A stretch of 64,000 nucleotides of DNA from a virus (IMGVR_UViG_3300020161_001040:6467-70466), one strand, 5' to 3'. Counted from the first letter of the stretch, positions 27,881 through 38,300 are shown. The notes: generated by a model not told the origin, from the letters alone. Made by a program: numbers and translations.

Positions 27881-28465
27881 ATGGCTCTAGTGACGGCATT
27901 TGACACCGAGACAACGGGCTTGCTGCCCAAACAATTTTCAATGTCTCCGGCTAATCTCCCAAAACTACCTCATATAGTGCAGCTGGCCTCCATTTTGTTT
28001 GATACTGTGAGTGGCGAAGAGCAAGGCAGCTTTAACGTCATAGTTAAGCCAGAAGGGTACGTTGTTCCTCCTGAATCGTCGGCTATCCACGGAATCACTC
28101 ACGAGCAAGCAATGGATGAAGGTGTGCCCTTATCTACTGCTGTCGAGATGTTCTCTAGCTTCAAGAAACAATCGAAGGGGATGATTGCTCATAACATTGA
28201 ATACGACATGAGGATCATGGCTATTGCCTTCGCCCGTCTCGGGCTTGACGACTCGGAAGTTTTACGCTTTCCGAAGAAATGCACCATGAAAGCTTCCACC
28301 GAAATCTGCAAGATTCCAGGCAACTGGGGCTACAAATGGCCTAAGCTCGGTGAAGCATACAAAATCTTCTTCGATGAAGAATTAGAAGGCGCTCACGATG
28401 CCTTGGTGGATATCAGGGCTACTGTGAGAATTTATCGTCATCTTCGCGGATTGGGCGTTATCTAA
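27881..28465 (+). CDS. DEDDh 3'-5' exonuclease (DnaQ/epsilon-like)
   Basis: FDTETTG, IHGIT, AHNIEYD, AHDALVD. Confidence 0.9.
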   Translation: MALVTAFDTETTGLLPKQFSMSPANLPKLPHIVQLASILFDTVSGEEQGSFNVIVKPEGYVVPPESSAIHGITHEQAMDEGVPLSTAVEMFSSFKKQSKGMIAHNIEYDMRIMAIAFARLGLDDSEVLRFPKKCTMKASTEICKIPGNWGYKWPKLGEAYKIFFDEELEGAHDALVDIRATVRIYRHLRGLGVI

Positions 28466-28803
28466 TGGAGAAGATTCCCGTCGATCTCAGATTATCAGCC
28501 GTGATTACCTATTATATGAAAGAAATTTCTAAAGGTGATCAAAATCCGGCAGTATACATGGGATTCCCTGATCGACAAATCGAGGAAGCTGCTGACGCCG
28601 TAATCAATCGCCTCATACGGATACTGGAATGCCCCCTGGTAAAGACGACCACGGAGGATTTAAATTATTGGAGTCTAAACGTCGATGGTCTATCTCAGCC
28701 CATCACGTGGACGACTACCGGAAAATCTAACGTCGAGGACCTAGCTGCGATGTTAGTTCATCTTGATCTTGTAAAGGGATCGAGAACTGCTCCGCAAAAA
28801 TAG
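28465..28803 (+). CDS. Hypothetical protein
   Basis: TAATG coupling. Confidence 0.6.
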   Translation: MEKIPVDLRLSAVITYYMKEISKGDQNPAVYMGFPDRQIEEAADAVINRLIRILECPLVKTTTEDLNYWSLNVDGLSQPITWTTTGKSNVEDLAAMLVHLDLVKGSRTAPQK

Positions 28804-28807
28804 TATA

Positions 28808-28836
28808 TTGTGAGAGCAGTCTGGGTGTGCTAGGAT
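28808..28836 (+). promoter_or_regulatory. Putative promoter TTGTGA-N17-TAGGAT with TG extension
   Basis: Correct spacing upstream of ORF 28876. Confidence 0.55.
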
Positions 28837-28875
28837 ATGATGTGCCACAAAGGCCGACGAAAGGGAAATGGTACT

Positions 28876-29658
28876 ATGGCTATTGAAAAGCCTCTGCATT
28901 TAATGACTCTAGACGAGATTAACGCTGAGCTTGAGTTCGCTGCGGTTAGCAAGACCTATAAGAGGGTCGATCATGCGCGCAACGCTCTTAAGAAGGCAGT
29001 TGATAGCGGCAAGGCTCTCTATGTCGGCACCGATTCGTTCTACGACAAGACGGCGATGACAGAAGTGATCGCTGTTGAGAAGGCGGCAAACGCTACGCCG
29101 AAGGCCGAGAAGAGCGTCGCCCCGAAGAAGGCTATCGTCTTTTCGGAAGACCTAGCCTCTCATGACATGGTTGGTAAGGTCGTCTTCTGCCGTTTCGGTC
29201 GTCAAACGGTTGAAGCCATCGGTCATGTTGAGGGTGAGCCCGAGAAGCTGAAGGCTCGCCTCGGCAATGGTAAGGTGGTGGCGGTGACTGCATGCAGACT
29301 CTCCGCTGTTCGTTCCGAATACCGCCGCAAGTACTCGGTGGACAAGGCCCACAAGACTGCCAGCGGCAAGCCCAGCATCGGTGTGGAAGATCAGATCACC
29401 GATCTTCTCAAGGGCGCTGACGTTGGGATCATCGAGTCGGTCTGCGCCGAGAACGATCTCGACTATAACCGTTGGGCCGGTCTGAACCCCGGCATGCAGC
29501 GTATGTGCCTTGGTAATCGTCTGCGTGGTATGGCGCAGAAGGGCCATCGAGTGGCTATCGCTGGCAACGTCGTGGCTGAGGGTGCCGCTGACGACGCGTC
29601 CGCTACTACAGTAGCTGGTGCCTCGCCTGAGGCGTCCCCGATGGCCTCGGCGGCCTGA
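28876..29658 (+). CDS. Hypothetical protein (LNPGMQRMCLGNRLRG motif)
   Basis: AAGGG RBS; last gene of the plus-strand block. Confidence 0.7.
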   Translation: MAIEKPLHLMTLDEINAELEFAAVSKTYKRVDHARNALKKAVDSGKALYVGTDSFYDKTAMTEVIAVEKAANATPKAEKSVAPKKAIVFSEDLASHDMVGKVVFCRFGRQTVEAIGHVEGEPEKLKARLGNGKVVAVTACRLSAVRSEYRRKYSVDKAHKTASGKPSIGVEDQITDLLKGADVGIIESVCAENDLDYNRWAGLNPGMQRMCLGNRLRGMAQKGHRVAIAGNVVAEGAADDASATTVAGASPEASPMASAA

Positions 29659-29669
29659 GACGGGTATGT

Positions 29670-29695
29670 CGGCGCGGGGGTCATGCCCCGCGCCG
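29670..29695. terminator. Bidirectional terminator-like hairpin between convergent operons
   Basis: CGGCGCGGGG-gtcatg-CCCCGCGCCG 10-bp GC stem at the strand switch. Confidence 0.7.
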
Positions 29696-29699
29696 CAGC

Positions 29700-30272
29700 C
29701 TACCGGACGGGTTCCTTAGTCCGATTGAAAGCCTCCAAGAATCTACCCGTCCATCCATTGGTTCTGCTTCCCGCAGAGGGCGCTGGCGGTAGTTGAGGCT
29801 CCGGTTCTCTTTTCAAAAACAGAGCTTTTTCAGCCTCTCTTCTCCTGACTAGTCCAGGAAGAGGTCGGCCACCGGCCATAATCCATTTCTTAAACTCGTC
29901 TGCAGCTTCGTCATATAAGCCCGAATTTAGCTTGCGCAAGAGAGTGCTAGAGCGTAATCTACCCGGACCTAAATTATACACGAATGAAACTAAGGCTCCG
30001 TATTGGTTCGGCGTTAGAGGAACCTTTACGCTATCCGTTACAGCTGACGCGAAATTCCTGAGATCCCTGGCCAACAGGATTTCTCCCTGAGCCTCGGTTA
30101 TCGGGTCTGTATTCCTAGTAACACAATTCCCGTCGAGCCCACGGATCGATCCCCACCCAATAGTCCATACATTGGCGGGGCATAAATAAGGACCAGCGCG
30201 GCCATCTTGTAGCCTTAGATGCCACCCTTCAAAGCCTTTTATTAGAGCCAGGGCTTCTGCATTAATTGGCAT
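29700..30272 (-). CDS. Endolysin, GH24 phage lysozyme
   Basis: IKGFEG..YLCPANVWTIGWG, NQYGALVSFVYNLG, SSTLLRKLN, GLVRRREAE. Confidence 0.93.
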   Translation of the reverse strand: MPINAEALALIKGFEGWHLRLQDGRAGPYLCPANVWTIGWGSIRGLDGNCVTRNTDPITEAQGEILLARDLRNFASAVTDSVKVPLTPNQYGALVSFVYNLGPGRLRSSTLLRKLNSGLYDEAADEFKKWIMAGGRPLPGLVRRREAEKALFLKREPEPQLPPAPSAGSRTNGWTGRFLEAFNRTKEPVR

Positions 30273-30275
30273 CGG

Positions 30276-30773
30276 TCACGATCCTAAAGAAGAACGACCG
30301 CGCATCATGCTCCGATTGACGAACCAGAACCCTAGCACCGCAGACAGTAAGGCCATGTCAGCCTCGTTGTAAGTAGTCACCAGGGCTTGTAGCCCTTGCG
30401 TCTGCCACGCCATGACTATCTGAGTGATTTTAGCGAACAGGTAGAAAATCAGGAGGAAGTAAGTGGTAAGAGGGCGAATGGTCGCAGACAGCCATCCGGC
30501 GCTCCCGCCAGCTTCTTTAGCTTCACTCGACTGAGCTTGTGTGGCTGTGGCCACGCCATGCAACACCTGAATTTCGGTCTGATGGTCCAATGTGACCCCT
30601 AACTCACGAAAGCGGCGCTCATCCGCTTTCTCGGCTAGGTTACCTTGTAACTCCATCATTCTATGTTCGTGATCTCGGTCCCGCTGCTTCTCTCTAGATT
30701 CCATCCAGGCTTGGAGGAACCGAAATCCGCCTCCGAGTATGCTTCCTAATAGCGTTTCAATGCCAGGAATCAT
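30276..30773 (-). CDS. Holin-like protein (3TM GTA-release holin type)
   Basis: TM segments, SATIRPLTTY, VLGFWFVNR; directly upstream of endolysin. Confidence 0.7.
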   Translation of the reverse strand: MIPGIETLLGSILGGGFRFLQAWMESREKQRDRDHEHRMMELQGNLAEKADERRFRELGVTLDHQTEIQVLHGVATATQAQSSEAKEAGGSAGWLSATIRPLTTYFLLIFYLFAKITQIVMAWQTQGLQALVTTYNEADMALLSAVLGFWFVNRSMMRGRSSLGS

Positions 30774-30785
30774 GTTTATCTCCTG

Positions 30786-31184
30786 TTAACGTCCGAATTT
30801 AGCCTCTAGCACCATCTTCATTCTGTCTATGATTCTTTGTTCAAGCTCCATCAGATCGTTCTTAGTGGGATAAGTTTCAACGATCTTTAGCTGAAGAGCC
30901 AAAATCTGCTTACTTAAGCTCTGCGTCTCGGCTCTGGTGTTTTCTATTTCTCTAAGATACTGTAGCCTATGCTCTTCGATTGATTTATTAAGTTCTCTCT
31001 TAACTTCTTTCAAGTTGAGATCAGCTTTGTTCTTAGCTTCCTCAAGCTCTTCATCAGCCTTCTCTTTGATTTTTACCATTTCGGTTTGGATGTCTTTGTA
31101 TAACTTCCAACCGAAACCGCACAAAGCAAATAGAACAGGAATGAGGAGTTTAGAGGCTAATTCCCACCAACCTACATCGTTCAT
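30786..31184 (-). CDS. Membrane-anchored coiled-coil protein of lysis cassette
   Basis: N-terminal TM, coiled coil, YPTKNDL..LE.RI motif. Confidence 0.6.
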   Translation of the reverse strand: MNDVGWWELASKLLIPVLFALCGFGWKLYKDIQTEMVKIKEKADEELEEAKNKADLNLKEVKRELNKSIEEHRLQYLREIENTRAETQSLSKQILALQLKIVETYPTKNDLMELEQRIIDRMKMVLEAKFGR

Positions 31185-31272
31185 GGGAGGCCCCCTTATA
31201 AGTTTGCCCTAATGATGCCATCGATTCTATCATAGTAAAGTTAGGAAACCCATAATTAATAATAAGATGCGA

Positions 31273-31896
31273 TTAGTCAATCACTGGGAATAATACATCG
31301 TCCATAAACCTTCTAGCTTCGGTAGCTCCGACCATCTTGGTAAGAGCGATCAGAGTCTTATCATTCTTTCTTTGCTGAGCGCAATAACTATTCTGAGATG
31401 ATTTAACCGAATCTACAGAGGCTGATCTAGTGCCCAAGGCCAAATAATATTTCCTATAGACCCCGGTAGCTATGTTTATCAACCAGTACAGTTCATCGTG
31501 ATCGACAGGCTTTATAGCCACTGCTCCCGGCGAAAAGATATTAGATGCCCACTCAGGAACGCTATGGGGAACTTTAAACTTAAACTCGGTGAATCTACCC
31601 CAATCTTCACCGGTGGGAGATAGATCGAAAAACGCGGCTAAACAAGTGTTAGGGGTGGACACTATATCCAGCCCATAAATTGGAGCGGCGTCGTTTAAGT
31701 GTGGGAACACCGTTACGTGTAGAACTGACATTTTATCTGACTTGTAAAGCTCTACGTGTCCTCTTCTGATTTTATCATTGGTATAAATATTATTGGACCA
31801 ATCGAATCCCTCTACTTTAGAGGGCTCACCACATTTGTATTCGAGGTTGTAATTATACCAATCAGCAGCCAGTCTGATTTGATCAAAGTAATTCAT
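31273..31896 (-). CDS. pcyX: Ferredoxin-dependent bilin reductase, PcyA/PcyX type
   Basis: RRGHVE, VLHVTVFP..APIYGLD (His/Asp pair), VPEWASNIFS, QNSYCAQQRKNDKT, FMDDVLFP; paired with heme oxygenase. Confidence 0.82.
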   Translation of the reverse strand: MNYFDQIRLAADWYNYNLEYKCGEPSKVEGFDWSNNIYTNDKIRRGHVELYKSDKMSVLHVTVFPHLNDAAPIYGLDIVSTPNTCLAAFFDLSPTGEDWGRFTEFKFKVPHSVPEWASNIFSPGAVAIKPVDHDELYWLINIATGVYRKYYLALGTRSASVDSVKSSQNSYCAQQRKNDKTLIALTKMVGATEARRFMDDVLFPVID

Positions 31897-32401
31897 CGTA
31901 TATTTCCCTAGTCATTTCAAACGCCGTAATGGCTTCATCTACGAAAAATTCTTGATTGTCGGCCACCATATCGCGGATTTTGCTGACAATAGTGGGGGCA
32001 TCGTCTCTATTGAGATGGGAAGAAGACCATGAAATACCTTTTGCTATAAGTCGACCGCCGAATAAATCTCCCATGTAATTCACGTACACGTGAGCCGGTA
32101 ACTTCTCTATGTCCATCGTCGTCAGTTTATTGACGTATTTGATCGTAGTCTTGGACAGCGTTCCTTTGGTGAACGGGGCCAAATCTTCGTAAAGCAAATG
32201 ACGTCTCGATATTCCTAGCTCATCCATTACCGGGAGTCTTAATTCCATCACCACGGACGTAGTATACTTACTAAGCAAGTAACCGGACCACAACCTCTCG
32301 GGAACCATGCCGCTAAGCAATGCTTTAGCGAATATCGACGATTCTAGCTTGCGATGAGAGGCAGAGGTCGCTTGCTTTAAGTATTCGGTGGATTTGGCCA
32401 C
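31883..32401 (-). CDS. hemO: Heme oxygenase
   Basis: LKQATSASHRKLE (proximal His), AHVYVNYMGDLFGG (distal helix), EAITAF. Confidence 0.88.
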   Translation of the reverse strand: MAKSTEYLKQATSASHRKLESSIFAKALLSGMVPERLWSGYLLSKYTTSVVMELRLPVMDELGISRRHLLYEDLAPFTKGTLSKTTIKYVNKLTTMDIEKLPAHVYVNYMGDLFGGRLIAKGISWSSSHLNRDDAPTIVSKIRDMVADNQEFFVDEAITAFEMTREIYDELL

Positions 32402-32826
32402 ACTACGTCCCCTGGATTTACAAAGCTCTGAGGTACGTTCCTGAGAGATTCACGATAAATAGACCAAGACTCTTTGTTTGCGCTTGAATCCGCCAATTGA
32501 GTCCAGTCAGACGCTGCTAGTAACTGATTACGCTGTCTTCTGACTTGTGCCCACGCTTCGGCAGTTTCCTGATCGATCTCTTCTTGACTCTTATCAACCG
32601 CTATGTAGTGGGCAACAACTCGATCACTTAGCACCTCTACTTCATCGATCTCTACCTTCTGATTCGGTCCGACCGATGAAGGCATGTATTTATAATAACG
32701 GAGCCAGCCGTTGGCCGTTAATTGAGATGTGGACATTTTATCTAAATTAGAGATATTTCTCCAATTCTTAGGCAGAACACAGGGACCTTCAACAACCGCC
32801 CCGTCAGCCACATATGCGTAATCCAT
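32377..32826 (-). CDS. Tail fibre assembly chaperone
   Basis: VRRQRNQLLAASDWTQLAD..W..YRESLRNVPQ..VVWP. Confidence 0.88.
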   Translation of the reverse strand: MDYAYVADGAVVEGPCVLPKNWRNISNLDKMSTSQLTANGWLRYYKYMPSSVGPNQKVEIDEVEVLSDRVVAHYIAVDKSQEEIDQETAEAWAQVRRQRNQLLAASDWTQLADSSANKESWSIYRESLRNVPQSFVNPGDVVWPNPPNT

Positions 32827-35375
32827 TACACTCTCTCCCTCCTAACCGCTCTCACATTGAATACGTTATTAGATTCAAAAGCAGAAGCCGCAAATTGTCC
32901 GATGGTCGTGTTCTGATACCATATGACCGATCCTTGGAGGGCAGTTGATGACCAGTAATATCCATCTAACGCCTCACTGCCACCGGGAAGGAAGTCTGTA
33001 TTGGCAGAATAACCTGATGTTTCGCTGGGGAACCCTAGTCTAGGGGGTATGGAGCTAGCGTTGTACCCTTGGGGTTTGCCATCAGACCCATTCCCACCGG
33101 AGCTATCTCTGTTCCCGGTGATCCCTTGAGGATTTAGAAGATTTCTGATTACTAATTCAAGTTCTTCTCTGGCAGGCAAATACCAATCGTTATACTGATA
33201 TATGTCAAGATCCGCGCAGAATTTCGCTACCGGATAATTACCTGCGCCATTAGAGACTAGCAAATTGGTGTTAAGGAGCCCGTTGGTTAAGCTAAACGCC
33301 CCGGCGTTGCCAAAACCAGCACCATTGTTCCAAAAACCACTAGATTCCCCTCCTATTTTGGGGGCCAAGATTATACGGTATATGATGCCATCGTCATTTA
33401 TATACCCGGCCATGTATCCGCCGTTATAGAACTCCCCAATATCGGGTCCCACAGGTTCTCTTCTGAAAAATCTCACTCTATTGGACGAAGTGGTACCTGC
33501 CTTGGAGTATTCGCCTGTGCTAAAAGACACTGCCCAAAAATTATTGTCTAACGCACAAGAGGATGACCAATAAACCGCCCCATTGAACGATTCCGTGCCC
33601 CCCGATATAAATAGAGGCACCCCGGTCCTGGCCGGGACACCGGTAGAGTATCCACCACGTGGAGGTAATCCTGCTGCCACCCCGTGCGAGACGTTATACC
33701 CTAACTCATTGACACCGGTAGAGGGGGTCCCGGTGATGTTACCCGAGGTAGACGGCTTAAGATTCCAATATGCTACAGCCAATTCATCTCTAGATGGGAC
33801 GTACCAATCAGAATAGTCACCGATGGAATATGTTTCGGAAGCGTTGGCAGCCGGATAACCAGTGAGAGAAGCTTCATACATCGCTCTAGTAGCTTCTTTA
33901 CCGTCCGTCAGTGAATAGACGCCACTCTGATCATTGATTGATCCTATAGAAGGCGTGGCCCCACCACTTGGAACGGCGAGGGTGGAAATTTGTAATGTGA
34001 CTTCTGATGGCTTGGGGGCTGCGATCAATCTCCAAGCTATACCGTTGTTTTCTACAATACCAGCGTAATACCCACCTCTATATGGATCACCAATGGACGG
34101 CCCGAAAGCCACCTTTCTGATTAATTTGGTCCTTCTAGGAGACGTTTTAACCGTGGAGATGGCGGCTCCATCGGACATTCTCAGAGACAAGTAATTAGAC
34201 GTGTTAGCAGCGTCCTGAGAACTACTTAAATAATATTCGTTATTAAAAATCCCGTACTCTCTATGCAGCCTTACTTTGGATTGGGCGTTGCCACCTGAAT
34301 TTTCTGTGCGCAGGGGGAGAACTGTCCAAGGGCGTTGACCACCCACGGTTGGACGATGAACATATGTAGAAAGAGCGCTACCTAATCTTGAATAAATCGC
34401 GTATAATTCCCAAATGGATGGTACGTACCATTGATTGGACCCGCCTTCCAATGTTTGAGACGCGAAAGTAGCGGCTGGCGAATCGCCTCCCGCAAGCAAT
34501 CTTGATGTGTTAGCTACACCGTCATATAGATACGAATCGCCGGTAATGACGTCAGCAGACGATACGGTCCTGTATTGACGGCTAAGATCTATCGATCTTT
34601 TGGTGCAATACAGCTTATAAGTAACGGAGTCCGGCAGAATCACGACTCCGCAATAAAATCCGCTATAATTAGTATAGTCACCGGGCTGAGCCTCTTCTTC
34701 GCCCATCGGGTACAATTCGCGTCGAGCGCCTACGGGCCGACCGGTGCCAGATATTAGTCTTTCAAGTGATAGAGAATTACCTCCCTCAACAAACCCAATC
34801 AAGAAGAAATTATTAGCGCTGAGTGAATATAGGGTTGAGCTAAACATAGTAAGAGGGAAGTCGGGAAGTACGTAGCCAAAATTAGGAGTACTCAAATAAT
34901 AAGGGGCACCTCTAGGCACCGAATTTACATTAAGTCCAGGAATCGCACCATCGAAAGTGTTAGCTAAAATGAAGTTAGTACGAGTCGTGGCGGGAAATCT
35001 AAACGACCTCCATATAACTTCAAGCTCGTCCCTGGCCGGAAGATACCAGTCATTGTAGGTAGAGAATGAGAAATTATCGGCTACTGCGGCTCCATCGAAT
35101 GTGGACCCCTGCAGCACCAAAGTAAGAGAATTCCCTGGGCCATTCGTCCTACTATAAGCTGCTACCGTTCCGGCGACCCCGTCAGACTGCATATTCTCGT
35201 CTACGTCCGATACGATCCTGGCTAGGATCATATAGGTGGTGCCTTCGTCCCGAATTCTTCCTGCGTAGAATCCGCCTCTAAATGCTTGCCCAATGTTGAT
35301 TGATTCTTCGGGCAGTGTTCCATCGCCTTCTGCTTGCCCGGCAGAAGCCATGATAACTTTATTGACCACAGACAT
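32826..35375 (-). CDS. Tail-associated protein with four DUF1566/Lcl-like (C-type-lectin-fold) repeats
   Basis: Four GxxYxGGyYAG..WY(L/V)P(S/A)xxEL units, YWSS motifs. Confidence 0.7.
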   Translation of the reverse strand: MSVVNKVIMASAGQAEGDGTLPEESINIGQAFRGGFYAGRIRDEGTTYMILARIVSDVDENMQSDGVAGTVAAYSRTNGPGNSLTLVLQGSTFDGAAVADNFSFSTYNDWYLPARDELEVIWRSFRFPATTRTNFILANTFDGAIPGLNVNSVPRGAPYYLSTPNFGYVLPDFPLTMFSSTLYSLSANNFFLIGFVEGGNSLSLERLISGTGRPVGARRELYPMGEEEAQPGDYTNYSGFYCGVVILPDSVTYKLYCTKRSIDLSRQYRTVSSADVITGDSYLYDGVANTSRLLAGGDSPAATFASQTLEGGSNQWYVPSIWELYAIYSRLGSALSTYVHRPTVGGQRPWTVLPLRTENSGGNAQSKVRLHREYGIFNNEYYLSSSQDAANTSNYLSLRMSDGAAISTVKTSPRRTKLIRKVAFGPSIGDPYRGGYYAGIVENNGIAWRLIAAPKPSEVTLQISTLAVPSGGATPSIGSINDQSGVYSLTDGKEATRAMYEASLTGYPAANASETYSIGDYSDWYVPSRDELAVAYWNLKPSTSGNITGTPSTGVNELGYNVSHGVAAGLPPRGGYSTGVPARTGVPLFISGGTESFNGAVYWSSSCALDNNFWAVSFSTGEYSKAGTTSSNRVRFFRREPVGPDIGEFYNGGYMAGYINDDGIIYRIILAPKIGGESSGFWNNGAGFGNAGAFSLTNGLLNTNLLVSNGAGNYPVAKFCADLDIYQYNDWYLPAREELELVIRNLLNPQGITGNRDSSGGNGSDGKPQGYNASSIPPRLGFPSETSGYSANTDFLPGGSEALDGYYWSSTALQGSVIWYQNTTIGQFAASAFESNNVFNVRAVRRERV

Positions 35376-38300
35376 TAGGCCACCGCCCTAACGTTCTTGG
35401 ATGCTACCATCCATGTGAATTCTTCGTTAGAATTCTTTTCTATGATAATGACGTCACTACCGCTGGCAGTGTAACTTGGGGATAGACCACCAGCAAATCT
35501 CATGGAGACTGGGTGCGTGATAGCAAACGCTCCCCAGTTGACGGCTTCCAGTACTATCGAGGCCGCTCTACTGGTTGGCATATTTGTAACACTGATAGTA
35601 CTAATGTTGCCGGTGGCGGTCACTCTAAATCTATCTGCGGTGGCGTAGTTCAGAGTCAGAGTGCCCGTGGCAGTCAGCGTTTGCTCTCTCAACCTAACTT
35701 CTCTTAGTTCAGGCTGAAAGACCGGGACAGATGGCAGTCTAGCAGAGCCATCCAAGGCCAGTATGTTACCAGCAGCCACACCAATAGTAGGCGTCCCAGT
35801 GAGGCTCGAATAACTACCGGTGGTAGCTACCGAAGACAGACCACTAATATCGGCGGCAGTCAGAGTAACCGCCCCTCTCCGCCCCGATACACTAGTTACG
35901 GCTACCCCGCTAAGTGACGCGGCAGTCAAATAACCGGCATCGTTGACGAAGGCGCTGACAATGGTTGGGCGACCGGATAGGCTTGAATAATCGACCAAAT
36001 CAAATAACTGGATTTCTCCGGTCATGGTCGGGAACCCGCTAGCGGTATAGTACAGCTTAGCAGGAGCGTCGTATGGCACCTTGAAATTTATTACGTTTCC
36101 GCCAGCCGCTCCGGTGTATGCGCCGTTGTTGGTGACGCCATCGTTGTAGGAATTGATGGCCCCCGAGGAACTGTCGGTCTTAATAAAGAAAGCGTACGCG
36201 GGGTTGGATGAAGTAGGCTGAACGGATATTCTATATTCAAATCCCTTGTAAAGTCTGAGAACCGGATCGTCCGCGTAAGAACGACCATCAATAGTGAAAG
36301 TCCACCCGGAGTTACTTAGGTTGTTGGTAGCGGTAATGTCTATTACAGCGCCTACCTTAGAATCAACGTATTCCATCACCGCGCGAGACGTAGGTAATGT
36401 AGCGGCCAAGTTCCCGTGGTTTGATACCAACAGTCCGCTGCCGATGGTATCACTGAATTCCGCTACGGCCACTCCCACCGGAGAGGCGGTCCCGGCGATT
36501 ATCTGTCTGAATGGACCTAAGGAAGACAGAGAGGAAAGATTAATATTAGCGTCTGCTGGAATAGTGATCGATCCTGTGGATTGATCGATCCTCAGGAACG
36601 CTCCGACTTTAAAATTACCAAGATGATCGGTAGAAGTATAATATACGCGCCCAATGCCGTCATCCACTGCCTCGTTATTGGGGACAGGAACCCCTCCGTT
36701 CTGAGGTAGAGCGCCGTAATCGAATCCGGCCCCAACGAATTCCATGGTATGGCTACCAGTGGAAATAGTGGATCTGTTGTAAAACTTAACCGGGGCTCCG
36801 TTTGCCGGAAATGTTGTGAGGGCCGGAGACACCGTGACGGTTGACTGACCTCCGATAGGTGCCGTGGCTGTTCCTACCGTAAACAGTACGTCAACACCAC
36901 CTATATTGATTTCCATAATCATGCCGCCATACGGGCGGTTAGTACCCAGTGATCCTACTCTGATTTGATTGTTAGCCAACCCGGTTCTATCAGACGAATA
37001 GGCTCCCGTATAAATAGCCGATACTGATTTGCCCGTAGCGACCAGCCCCTGACTACCGAAGTCCGTGGTGCTATTCGATAGGTTAACTTGACCCCCAGTC
37101 GCGGCTTTCACATGATACGAACAGAACGTACCGAAGCAAGAAACTAGTTGGGCATATCCATCATTAAGGATGAAAAATCCAGGGCCATTAAGGTTAACTT
37201 GGGTGAACGAGTCGCACACCATAGATTTAATGGGAGACGATGAGTTAGGCACCGCCCCATCTACCTTCATGCCTCCGCCAGTCGGATCAGAATTAAGAGC
37301 GATTGACCCGGCTTGACCGTCAATATCTTTAGCAGTAATGGACGAGCAGTTCTGAACATAAGGGGACGCCAAAATATAAGCGCCCGGCTTGAACACTATG
37401 GCGAAAGACGGGTATTGATGGCCCCTAAAGGTGGCGCCAGTAATATAGCAACCACCGTCCACTTGAAACATATCATTCTGATTCGTCTCCGGTGTAGGAC
37501 GAATACTGACTACTCTGAGGCCATCGCCAACAATGGAGATATTGTTGTTTAAAACTATTGGACATACTTCAGAGTAATCGCCAGCGGCTACCTTAATGAC
37601 AATACGAGGACGCGCCCGCGCTCTGTCTGCAATGGGAGCTGAAAGAAGCACGTTAGCGGCCAAAAAGGCGTCCTGGAGGGCAATGGCTCTAGCTACCGCG
37701 CTCTTGATAGTCAGTTTGGCTTTAATGACGCTAGACCCGTCACTAGCATCATTACCGCTTTTAGTTACCCAAAGGACGTTTGGAGCGGTTTCGCCGCCAG
37801 CAATGGCATTAAGTTCCGAAAAGGTAGCGACTAGCTGAGTACCTCCACGAATAACAGAGCCGCTACCGAGATCGACTTGACTCGTGAACGTGATTCTATC
37901 GGTAGTGGCCTGAATCGGTAGATTATTTCCTGAATTGTCGGACAAGTTTTGAGGGGTCGCAGACAGGGCTGCCCCCATCTTAAGCATGCCCGCTCCTACC
38001 CCATTTAGATGAGCAGCAGTGGCCGATAAAGTAGTTCCATTTAAATTAAGACTATTGATTCTGACGCCGGAATTTGATAAAGACAAGCCTGTTAAGCTTC
38101 CTGCGGTGTCAGTTACCGCCTGGAACGTACTCGCTATCGCCGCTCCCATTTTCAGGGAGCCAACAGTAGCGCCAATTAAAGTATTCAGGCTGTTGATTTG
38201 GCTGGCAGTTGCCGTGATTCTTGTGCTTCCGAGGAACCAGTCACCGACGAATCTAGCGGCAGTAGTGGACACTTGAAGAGCGGCGTCATTATTGTTGCCG

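Noticed and set aside
31273-31896. Cyanophage PebS and a cyanobacterial host
   Set aside because: His rather than Asn at the PcyA His88-equivalent position, and no photosynthesis genes in the window; other genes point to an alphaproteobacterial host
32826-35375. Diversity-generating retroelement targeting the lectin-fold protein
   Set aside because: No reverse transcriptase and no near-identical TR/VR pair noticed in the window
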